From NCBI RefSeq assembly GCF_947568905.1, contig NC_079170.1, positions 84,196,001 through 84,260,000 on the forward strand: a stretch of DNA of 64,000 nt, in the 5' to 3' direction. Position 1 is the first letter of the stretch. Every line of letters starts with the position of its first letter. This DNA is from Ostrea edulis (Eukaryota). The notes beneath the pieces were generated by a model. The model ran no database searches and had not been told where the DNA came from. It saw nothing but the letters and a program-made list of their open reading frames with translations. The position numbers were made by a program, and so were the translations under genes. Shown here one piece after another: positions 24,601 to 35,559 of the stretch.

Positions 24601-24943
24601 TTTCTGTTGGTTTTGTGTTGATTTGATATGGTAATTATCTTCAAGTGTCAGTGTGCAATATATGGAAACATTGTAAATGTGCAATTGTGCCTGATTATTG
24701 TAAAGAAGTGGATTTGTTCGGAGCATGATCGTGAATAAAAGATGTTTCTGTTGGTTTTGTGTTGATTTGATATGGTAATTATCTTCAAGTGTCAGTGTGC
24801 AATATATGGAAACATTGTAAATGTGCAATTGTGCCTGATTATTGTAAAGAAGTGGATTTGTTCGGAGCATGATCGTGAATAAAAGATGTTTCTGTTGGTT
24901 TTGTGTTGATTTGATTATTTGGTAATTATCTTCAAGTGTCAGT
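24509..24943 (+). repeat. Near-perfect 144-bp tandem triplication covering the PHD end, stop codon and AATAAA
   Basis: Unit starts at 24509, 24653 and 24797. Confidence 0.95.
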
Positions 24944-25214
24944 CCCTGTGCACCTTGTTTTTCACACCTTTTGAGTTTTGGGGAACGTTAAGCCTAACCG
25001 TGTTATCCTGGCCTAGCGGAGTATTGGCGGAGATATTGCGATTTTAATTAATTTACTCCCATTCCGGCTTTTACACCTTACCTGGCGTGACGTCACACAA
25101 AAACTTATGGAGAGTTAATATTTTCGAAAGTGTGTTTATTTTTAATTTTAGTGTAAATGACGGCAATTAAAAGGGTGACCGATCCAGAAACCAGGTGGGG
25201 CACATCGACTGATG

Positions 25215-25280
25215 TTATTTATACCGGGTACTGCTGTTATTTATACCGGGTACTGCTGTTATTTATACCGGGTACTGCTG
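25215..25280. repeat. 22-bp tandem repeat x3 (TTATTTATACCGGGTACTGCTG)
   Basis: Three exact copies. Confidence 0.95.
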
Positions 25281-25449
25281 TGTTTTTACCGCAATATATC
25301 ACCGGAGCAGATTTTGTCGAAATCGCGTTGCATTCCTGTCGCGTTGCATTCCTGTCGATTCGCTCGCTATGCTCGCGAAGCTCAGTGGTAGTATTTATGC
25401 CCATTTCTCATATATTTCTACTTTATTGATAAAATTGCCGACTCCTGTG

Positions 25450-26255
25450 ATCTATAAATAAATTGAGAACAAAATAGATAAGAGCCCCTGCATTTCCTAG
25501 ATACTGTATAATAGAGCAGAGATGCGCAGATATTGATTCAATGATACTTGAATGATTTACCTTTCAGTTTGGATGTCAATGAAAGACGAAATCCATGACC
25601 CCACCTCGATATTCACCAGGCTGGGTCGCATTCTCTATCCAGAGTTCCGTGCGCTCCTCGCACTGTGAAGCTTGTGTAGCGCGCCCTCTGGTGAGGGAAT
25701 GCCTGACAGGCTGGGAAATTTTTTAAATACTTTCGTTTTGGTTACAGACTACTACCCCTATTTCAAGCAGTGCCAATTTATAAATAGAGGGGGTTTTTTC
25801 TTAAAAATTCCTGGGGATGTCTGTGGGGTGGAATTATGTTATTCTAGGGCATAGATGGAAAGGAGAGGTCTGAACAAAATTTAAAAAAATTATAATAATG
25901 GGAAATGATGTATAATGAGTATAGTAAGAAGGGTGTAAATAGGCCACTCTTTACCTGCTTCTCAAAGGGAAAGGGAAATATGCAGGGTAGGGGTTACTTG
26001 CGGTGTCATAACAGGACTTGTGTACGGTAGATTTTCCTGACATTCACAAATATTTTTTGGACTTGAATTGCCCTAAGTCTGTACTAGATTCCAGGTAAGA
26101 TGAGGCGGTGGAAATTTTCATATTAATTTTTATGTTATAGCGGAATGTGTAGTAAAATAATTGGTAGTCTGTGTCCTTTTGGTACGCACTCTTAACTGCG
26201 CAATCTCCTCACATATACAAAGAGTTATACCTCTTTGTTCACCACCAAGTGTGTT
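25450..26255 (+). repeat. Dispersed repeat, copy B, interrupted by two small insertions (~25625-25715 and ~25745-26175)
   Basis: Collinear with 2620-2915 apart from two extra segments, each bounded by short inverted repeats and short direct repeats. Confidence 0.7.
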
Positions 26256-26929
26256 TTCTGTTAGTCAAATTTTAATATTGGCAAACCCTCGCCAATTTTT
26301 AAAGAAGTTTTAAAGATATAAGTTCGATGTGAGAAATGAATACATTGTCATATATTGAAGGATTAACCTCCTCCTAAATTCCAATTTTGGCTATGTACTG
26401 TTATCTGCAACGCGTTGCATATACGTTTTGGGGTACTAAAATCCCTAGTATATTACGATACCAAAATATACATCGTGTTCGTGTCTTCGATACAAAATAT
26501 TAAACTGAAAGAAAAATTTTCAATGAATATCAAGGAAATTGCCTAAAATATAGAGAGATTTATGAACAATATCGTATGCTTCATGCGGCTTATTCTGATA
26601 TACCATTTCTCTTTTTAATTCATTTATTTCTCTTTCATATGTACATGTCTATATCAACATTTTAACAAAACATGTGCCCTAATTATTATCAATATTATTT
26701 ACGAAATTAAAATATTACCACCATGCTATTATAGCATCTAACATCAAGACGTTGCAGGCAACGCTCCACAGTTAAATCCCCGATTTTCTCGTAGAACATT
26801 GCAAATAACAGGAGTATATTAAGAATCAATATAAAATGTACATAAAGGGGAAGTTTCCCCGGGAAGAGGGTTTTCTTGGGGGAACCATATCAGAGAAAAC
26901 GGGGCTTGGTTTCTTTTTGGGGGATCAAG

Positions 26930-27747
26930 CTAAATAAGTTTATTTCCTTCGACAGTGTACTTTCTTTTAAAAATCATATTAGTTCCATCTCTCGTTCTTG
27001 TTATTATCATCTGCGGAATATTGCACGGATTAGTTCTTTCATCAATGATGACGCCTGCAAGACACTTGTATGTTCTCTTGTGTTATCACGCTTAGACTAT
27101 GGAAATGCACTATTTAAAGGGCTATGGGGTAGCAGATCTGAGCAGGCTACAGACAATCCAAAAATCAGCAGCTCGACTTGTTGCCCGGGTCAGGAAGCAT
27201 GACCATATATCACCGGTGCTTGTGTCCTTGCACTGGCTTCCGATTGATTCCCGTGTTGAATACAATATTTTACTGCACACATACAAGGCACTAAACGGAT
27301 TGGCACCGGCCTATATCAGCGACCGCATCACTGTGTACGAACCAAAACGATCTCTGCGTTCATGCAATTCACGATTGCTAGAAAAATCCCGCGTTCGTAC
27401 AAAGACCTATCGAGATCGAAGGTTTGATGTAACAGCTGCCACACTATGGAACAGTTTACCGATAGACATCCGTTTGTCTGGCACTGTCAAAAGTTTTAAG
27501 ACAAACCTCAAAACATATCTTTTTATGAAATCTTATAACCATATTTTGTAATATATTATTTTTTAAAGTATAGGCTGGTTTGTCGCATGAACTCGTAATG
27601 TTTAAATTGTTTTATTTTATTTGGATGTTATATTTTATGCTCTGATTAATCTTATCATGTTTTACATTTTACATTGTTAAAGCGCTTAGAGTAATTACAA
27701 ATTATATAATGCGCTATATAAATGCCGCACATTATTATTATTATTAG
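26930..27747 (+). mobile_element. 5'-truncated L2-clade LINE: RT C-terminus, 3' UTR and (TTA)n tail
   Basis: FDSVLSFKNHISSISRSCYYHLRNI..LVLSRLDYGNAL..LQTIQKSAARLV..HISPVLVSLHWLPI..LWNSLP..FKTNLKTYLF, ending GCGCTATATAAAT..ATTATTATTATTATTAG. Confidence 0.9.
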
Positions 27748-27971
27748 ACGGAATAAAGCCCTTCTCTATAACTCACGCATTGCATGCACAGTAAAACAAC
27801 CGATTTATGAAAACCAACGCGTGCAACGTTTTTTAAGGGGTTTTAGAAAAGAAAAAATGTAAGTTCTCCCAATAAAATTAATTCAATAAATCAATCCTTA
27901 AATCCCCCGGTGCTGGAATATGTTAAGTCGAATTTTATCAACAGATGGCATGTTGCTCCAGAGTTTACATC

Positions 27972-28180
27972 CACTGATTTTGACTGCGGATAACTCCGTT
28001 TACCTGATCAGGATATGGGGCTCGCGGCGGGTGTGACCGGTCAACAGGGGATGCTTACTCCTCCTAGGCACCTGATCCCACCTCTGGTGTGTCCAGGGGT
28101 CCGTGTTTGCCCAACTATCTATTTTGTATTGCTTGTAGGAGTTATGAGATTGATCACTGTTCGTTATCTTCACCTTGCAT
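27972..28180 (+). mobile_element. Penelope-like (Naiad-type) 3' end fragment (pseudo-LTR)
   Basis: Identical in sequence pattern to the 3' UTRs at ~28750-28986, ~52505-52714 and ~56330-56539, ending CTTCACCTTGCAT. Confidence 0.85.
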
Positions 28181-28316
28181 CCATAAAGCACTAATGGTAG
28201 TTCGATCGATTTGTACAAATGAGACATTGTCATTGGGATAAGAAATGGTGTTTCTGGGATTGAGAATTATCCCCCCTCCCCCCCCCCCCAAAAAAAACCC
28301 CCTAAATTTTGAAGTA

Positions 28317-28986
28317 CATTCCCTGTGAGCTCGAAATAAAGGACACCACAGAGTCGTCCATTTCTGCTTCATACTTAGATATTTTATTGAAAGTAGACAT
28401 CAACGGCAAACTGACAACTCAACAGTATGACAAACGGGATGATTTCAGCTTCTCCATCGTCAACTTCCCATATTTATGTAGCAATATTCCATTATCACCT
28501 GCATATGGTGTGTATATATCTCAACTGATTCGATATGCAAGAGCTTGTTCTGCGTATAGTCAGTTTTTAAATCGAGGTAAGCTACTGACAAACAAGTTGA
28601 TGGTGCAGGGATTTCAACAGTCTCGATTGAAGTCAGCATTTCGCAAATTCTATGGTCGTTATAACGATCTACTTCGTCAGTACAACCTCGCATTGGGTCA
28701 AATGCTGTCTGACGTGTTTCATACCGATTGTTAAGCCGTTCTTGGCACACTGATATTGACTGCGGATAACTCCGTTTACCTGATCAGGATATAGGGCTCA
28801 CGGTGGGTTTGACCGGTCAACAGGGGATGCTTACTCCTCCTAGGCACCTGATCCCACCTCTGGTGTGTCCAGGGGTCCGTGTTTGCCCAACTATCTATTT
28901 TGTATTGCTTGTAGGAGTTATGAGATTGATCACTGTTCGTTATCTTCCCCTTACATTGATGACTGTTCGTTATCTTCACCTTGCAT
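28317..28986 (+). mobile_element. Penelope-like (Naiad-type) RT C-terminus plus 3' UTR
   Basis: PCELEIKDTTES..SASYLDILL..YDKRDDFSFSIVNFP..SNIPLSPAYGVYISQLIRYARAC..FHTDC stop, with no C-terminal GIY-YIG domain. Confidence 0.9.
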
Positions 28987-29992
28987 CCAAAGCATGAACA
29001 CAAGGGTTTGTAGCGAAATTCATTCGATATCACTTACTATAAAAAAAATGTGATTTTTTTGGGAAGTGTATTTTTGATTTCTACATTGAAGGATAATTTT
29101 GAAATTAAAAAGAAAAAATGGGGTCGCAACGATTGTTATTGAGCTATAGTGTTCTAAACATGACCTTTTTCCACTTGAAATTTATTCAATTAAACTTGAC
29201 ATTTCTGTTGGTGTCAACACAACATAAGGAACACAAATCAATCATTACATAAAATAAATACACAATCATGTCTTCTAACACTACAGATGAAAATAATAAA
29301 TTAATATTAGTAATGGAAATAAATAATGACCTTTTTGCACTTGATATACGAAAAACTTCATGATATCAAAATTGATGGTTTATCAATTTCTAAAATTTTA
29401 CACAATTTCCAAGGTCTGGTCTTACAAATTAAAAAAGTGGGATTAGGAGATCAAATTTCTTAATTATTGGCAAAAATACTGAATTTTTATACAAAATTCC
29501 GAGTGAATAAATTAAAACATTTTTAAGAATCGGTGTTCTGCTTGGAAAAATATATCAACCAAGTTAATAAATTACAACATTTGAACTAGTTCCATGTCTC
29601 AACTACCTGTATCATAAATCATATAACTGAAATACATGTATAGGGGTATAAGAATAAAAGATACATTGGATGAAACAGAAACTGTAATATGCAGAATGAG
29701 AACTTTTTGATTAATAAATCCTTCCGCCACAAAATATAGTCCCTGCCAAACCATTTCAAAATTTGAATTGACACAAAAAATTTCAACTGGATAGGGTTCA
29801 TTAATAAATGTGTAATATGTTTGCACCAATGGGATCAGTATTGAACCAGTGAATACTTAGTTGTAGCATCCTGCGCAGTTATACTCAAAAGCTCAGGAGC
29901 TAGCTTCCTTAAATGTATAGAATTCGTATACGAGAAAAAAACATGCTTAAATAGTTATATGACAGCTAATAGTGTGTTTCTCAATGTTATTT

Positions 29993-30234
29993 TTAAAAAT
30001 GTGTTGAGCCTCCCTCGATTTCACTCTGAGTCTCTTTGGCTGTTTTTTTCTCTATATCGCTCTCTGAACTAAAAGCAGAATTTGTTTCGCCAGTTTGATA
30101 TTTTTCTCTGTCTCCATCTCCGGATTTACTCCTTTTTGATGAGATGCGCATGCTTATAATAACCAGGAACTGCAAGAGAACAATTCCCGCCAGAACGACA
30201 ACAACTACGTAGAACCTATCCATAGGGATTGTAT
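29993..30234 (-). CDS. Last exon of the laccase gene: transmembrane helix and cytoplasmic tail
   Basis: Acceptor TTTTCTATTTCAG at 30235-30247. Phase 1 matches the donor at 31260 (G|AT = Asp). Encodes FYVVVVVLAGIVLLQFLVIISM followed by RISSKRSK. Confidence 0.85.
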
Positions 30235-30266
30235 CTGAAATAGAAAAAAGAATGTGCATTTCCATA

Positions 30267-30650
30267 ATGAAATATAAAGATAATGAACAGTGATCAATCT
30301 CATAACTCCCACAAGAAATATAAAATAGTGAATTAGAAAACAGACTTATACCTATGGTGGGGTCAGGTGGCCAGAAGGAACAAGCATCCCAGTCGACCGT
30401 TCACACTCATCGTGAGACCTATATCTTAATCAGGTAAGCCAAGTTGTCCGTAGTCAAAATCAGGGTGCCAAGAACGGCCTAACATTCGGTATGAAACACG
30501 TCAGACAGCATTTGACCCAATGATAGGTTTTATTAGCAAGCTAGATCATTATAACGACCATAGAATTTGCAAAATTCTGACTTTAAACAAGACTTGAATC
30601 CCCTGTATAATCAACTTATTAGTCAGTAGTCTGCCTCGATTTGAAAAATG
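30267..30650 (-). mobile_element. Naiad-type fragment inside the laccase intron
   Basis: Reverse complement of the shared 3' UTR and RT end (GAACAGTGATCAATCTCATAACTCC..GGTATGAAACACGTCAGACAGCATTTGACCCAATG). Confidence 0.85.
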
Positions 30651-31260
30651 ATGATATTATGACATACATTTTCTATATACAGTACGTTATTTTACTTAAA
30701 AGTCACCCACACGACATCGTGCCGCTATAATGGTACTGCGAACACGCTCTGTCACGTGCATTATTTCAAGTGGAATAAAAGTAAGAATGTTTAATCAAGC
30801 TTCACAGCGCTTTCCTCCTCCGTAAGTCAATAGACTGATACAATTTCAAGTTTTATATGTTGGCGTAGGGTGTATTGCTATATGAAGGAATGGCAATTTA
30901 ATATGCATTTTTACATCCTCTTTAAATCCCAAAAAACCACGAATGCTGTGTGTTTCTGAAATAGAACTATGGCGTTTCTCACACAAATCATGACTAAGAT
31001 CAAAGGTTCGAAATTCAGGGAAATTGCATGTCTCTGGTGCATAATTCACTCTCTAAAGTTCTTCTTTATTTATTTACGTGATTTTGAAATACCGTTGCTT
31101 CGTTAAGAGCTGTTTAAATGTTATTATATGTAGATTTCTCAATTAGCACTGAAAGTGTATATATGCTTCATAAAACAAATCGACGCTTCTCTAATTGCAA
31201 GTCTTCAGTAATGCTTTTAGTTATACGACTTTCTTTTATTAAAAAAGATACATTTTTTAC

Positions 31261-33229
31261 CTTCTTGTATCTCTGGAATAGTGATGTCATTCTTATCAAT
31301 TTCCAAGGTATCGGTTAATTCAAAATTTCTGCAAGTTGGGAAATTTGAAGGACTTTTAGGGAGACGTGGAAAAGATTCGTTAAGAAGCATAGCCATTCCA
31401 TTAGAAGAGTGGAGTTCAATATGGCAGTGCATTATCCACAATCCAGGGTTATTGGCCTTGATTCTCACCACAACATAACCTCCGCTAGGGACAATAACTG
31501 TATCCTTACGAGGTGGGTTCTGAAGCTCTAAACCAGGCACATTTCCGTTCCGCCAAGATCCATTCCTCCAGGTAGCATCGTTACAGAAACTTTTCTGTTG
31601 AGGCACACCACCTCTGCAATCAACGTCTGCATTTTGTGATATAATTTCACCAGTACTTTCATTATATGTTGGGTAACCCATTTTCAAAACATAAAAAGAA
31701 TGCCCGTGCATATGTACTGGATGCGCCCATCCCGAGCCTACACCCATGTTTAAGAACACCATTTGAATTGTGTCGCCATGACGCAGACTTATGGAATGCG
31801 TACAGTTACATAGTTTCTGTTCCCCACACCCTGCCTGTTCACATTGAGATTTGATTTCTTGTGGTTGTGTTAGACCAGACACGGTGGGTAATTCTAACGA
31901 CCTGCCATTGACAGATCCTGGAAAGGTATCGATGCCCGGAAAAGCAAAATTCAAAAAATATTCCTGAAACTTTCCTTCAATAGCAGGGGGAGCTGGATCG
32001 TCCGACGCTGCCGCCCGAAGGTGATCAAACCGAAAACATTCCATGTGTTCGTTTTCAGGAAAATAGGTAAAAGGACAATTTAAGACAATGCATATATTTT
32101 CTGCTGTGCATTGTTTTTGAGTTGTCGTGGGATCTTCCTCGGGCGCTCCGTGATATCTTAAAATAGCTTCAGCGACTGTTATTCGAGTAACTTCCAAAGT
32201 TTTCCCTCGAATCCAATAATTTCCAACCGACTGGTTTGCTACGATTATAAAATCATATCGCTCGCCAGGGTTAATAATGAAAAAGTCAACAATGGTGGGC
32301 TGCACAGGATATCCATCTGACTCTATAATTGTCATGATATGGTCATCAACAGAAATTCTGAACGGATAAAGAGCCCCTACACCGATCACACGAAATCGAT
32401 AGGTGGTACCCTGTGTGACCCGGAAAACTTCCAGTGGGGCCTCGTTGTGAATTTTCTCTTCAAAGTTTGTATAGTATCGTCCTCTACCGTTGACCAGCCC
32501 TGATTGTGCCTTAAGAAGGCTGAAGAAGCTACCGTCAGTGGATTGCGAAGGTTTATATTTAGTTCTATTTTCTATGATTTTGTTGATCATGTATTGATAT
32601 CCCAAGTCAGCGTCCCAGTCATGATTCCATTCTTGAATTTGCATGATATGTTCTGGAAAAGGATTAGGCTCATATTTACGGATGATAAATGCACCCAACA
32701 AACCATTAATTCGCTGAGACCCTGCATGAGAGTGGTACCAAAACGTACCCGGCGGATAAGCCTTAAATCTATATGTGAATGTTTGTCCCGATTCAATGGG
32801 GCATTGGGACACAAAAGGGACTCCATCCATAAAAGGGGTATTTTCTTGGTGTAAACCGTGCCAGTGAACCGTGACGGAGTCTGAGTGTAAATGATTCTTT
32901 ACGTGTATCACCACAGTTTGTCCTTCGTATACAATGATGTCAGGGCCTGGGAGTGTTCGATTCGCTACAACTATTAATCTTCTTGATTCCCATCCGTCTG
33001 CCGTCACGATCTCGTTGACGGGTATCTGTTCAGCCTGAGATGTATTGGTCACTTTGTAATTGTATAGTTTGCCCTCTTTTGAATATACTGCTCGGTTTCT
33101 AAGATTATTCATTGTTAAGTAATGTTCAATAACCAGTGACGTTTCACAGACTCGTGCTGTCTTCTCGCATGTGTAGCTGAATCCTGACGTCACAGATAAC
33201 ATCAGAACTAGGATATGTTCGATGGTCAT
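31261..33229 (-). CDS. Laccase-type three-domain multicopper oxidase, main exon (signal peptide and whole catalytic region); 736 aa with the last exon
   Basis: Copper motifs HWHG, WYHSH, HPVHMHGH and HCHIELHSSNGM. ATG at 33229 in ACCACCATGA context just after an acceptor AG at 33239-33240. GT donor at 31260. Spliced length 2211 nt is a whole number of codons. Confidence 0.95.
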
Positions 33230-33417
33230 GGTGGTCAACTGTAAACATGATAGAAATTAAGATAATTCATGGTTTCTTTAATCACTTATCACATAGTGTA
33301 CATTTGAATTATCCGTCAATTATGAAAATCAATTCTCGCCAATTATGCTGTCTCAAGACAATGTATTTTGTCTACCATTACAACCTGTCGTTGAGTAGTA
33401 AAATGGTGTCTGGCATG

Positions 33418-34599
33418 TGAAAGGTTAAAATAGCAAACAGTGACCAATCTCATAACTCCTATAAAGGTGAAAATAGCGAATAGTGATCAATCTTATAACT
33501 CCTGTAAGCAATACAAAATAGAGAGTTGGGCAAATACAGACCCCTGGATATGCGTATACCAGAAGTGGGATCAGATGCTGGGGAGGAGTAAGCATCCCCT
33601 GTCGACATATCACATCAGCTGTGAGCCTCATATCTTAGTCAGGTAAACAAAGCTGTCCATAATCAAAATCAGTGTGCCAAGAACGGCCTAACAATCGGTA
33701 TGAAACACATCAGACATCTTTTGAACCAAAGATAGGTTAATATTTTGTCAGTAACCTGTCTCGATTTAAAACTGATTGTACACAGAAAAAGCTCTTGCGT
33801 ATCGAATCAGTTGAGATGCATATTTTTTTGAATCAGAATATTCAAAATCTTCCACGTGAGAAGAAAAAAATATCTTGCTTCAATCTTCAATGAGACATAT
33901 AGATATATCGACTATGTTTTATCTATTAACAATAATCATTTTCATTCCTATGTCCATTCGATACATCCCGGCGAATTCGAAATAAACGACACCATAGAGT
34001 CGTCCACTTTTGCTTCATGCTTAGATATATCATTGAAAATAGATATCTATGACAAAATCTAACAACTGTATGATAAACAGGATTATTTCAGCTTCTCTAT
34101 TGTCAACTTCCCATATTTATTGCAATATTATATTATCACCTCTATTTAGTGTGTATATATCTCAACTGATTCCATACACAAGAGCTTGTTCTGCGTATGA
34201 TCTGGGTTTTTTAACAGGGCAGGCTACTGCCAAACAGGTTGATGGTGCAAGGGTTTCAACAGTCTCGTTCAAAGTCAGCATTTCGCAATTTCTATGGTCG
34301 TTCTAACAATCTAGTCTGCCAATACAACCTATCAATGGATGAAATGCTGTATGACTTGTTTCATACGGATCGGTAGGTCGCTCTTGGCACACTGATTTTG
34401 ACCACGGATAACTCCGTTTACCTCATCAAGATGTAGGGCTCACGACAGATGTGACCTGTCGATAGGGGATGTTTACTCCTCATGGGCACCTGATCCCAGC
34501 TCTGGTATAATCCAGGGATCCATCTTTGTCCAACTTTCTATTTTGTATTGCTTATAGGAAATATGAGATTGACCACTGTTCGTTATCTTCACCTTTCAT
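33418..34599. mobile_element. Two Naiad-type fragments in inverted arrangement (33418-33840 minus, 33865-34599 plus)
   Basis: 3' UTR motif in minus orientation, followed by decayed YRYIDYVLSINN..FEINDTIES in plus orientation ending CACCTTTCAT. Confidence 0.8.
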
Positions 34600-35559
34600 G
34601 ATTTACATCTCAATCTAATTAAAATTGGATTGACATATTCAGTTTGTCTACAACACACTTCGATACATGGAATTGTATCGTAGAGGAGCGGAATATAAAA
34701 GTCCCTTAGCCAACAAATCATAATTTTGACTTAGATGTTAGCGGAAACACAACAATATATAATTTTGGTTTAAATTTGAAATCGGGAATACGTATTTCTG
34801 TATGTGTCTGTTTTCACGTTACCTTTTTTGGAAATTGGAGTTGTTCATCACCCTTACAAGAAAATTTGAAATCTCCAAAGCGATTTGTGAAGGTATCACA
34901 TCTTCTTGTAATTGAATACATTGTTTTCAAGATTTTACAGCAAATCATTGTGTCACTACAAAGCAAGATCATTTCATCTGCCTTACAGTTTTGGTCACAA
35001 TCACTCTGCAGATTATTATGTTTCTTGGTACATTGTCATAGTACATTTTATCTTCACATGGTAGTATATGTAATAGAAGTTATAAGATATGTGTTGTATA
35101 CAAAGGCACAAACACAACTTCTACCTCAACATTTTCAAGTCAAGAAATTTAAGATTATTAAGGAGAAGGCTAATAATTGTACATGTATCAGTACCAGAAA
35201 TTGTTAGTTGTTAGACATTTGTCCCATTAAGCAGGAATTCTCAGATAATAAAAGATATATCATTGCTTATGCTGTCACTTTGCCCGTCTTTCTGTCTTGA
35301 CGGAGTATACTTGTACTTTCCAGATGACACATGGTGTTTCTTGGAATACTGAAGCTAAATAATCGACATGTTGTATTTGATATCATAAATTTTTGTTACA
35401 TACCGAATAATTGATTTGTTTCTTCCTTTTAGAAGACATATGTTTGAGCTGTTGTCCAATTAATACTACAGTGTCTGTTCAAATGATGTGCCACACCCTT
35501 TTTGAAGTTGAGATAATCAAGATTTAGTCACACAGAAACGTGTCATCTTTTAAATATCT

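Larger units (their letters stand above)
13450..25082 (+). mobile_element. Full-length Mutator-like (MULE) DNA transposon, 11.6 kb, with TIRs and 9-bp TSD
   Basis: TGGCGTGAC direct repeat at 13441-13449 and 25083-25091. Imperfect TIRs at 13450-13527 and 25020-25082 (GG...GGTGTAAAAGCCGGAATGGG...AATTAAAATC.CAATATCTCCGC.AATACT). Internal MULE transposase motifs. Confidence 0.9.
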
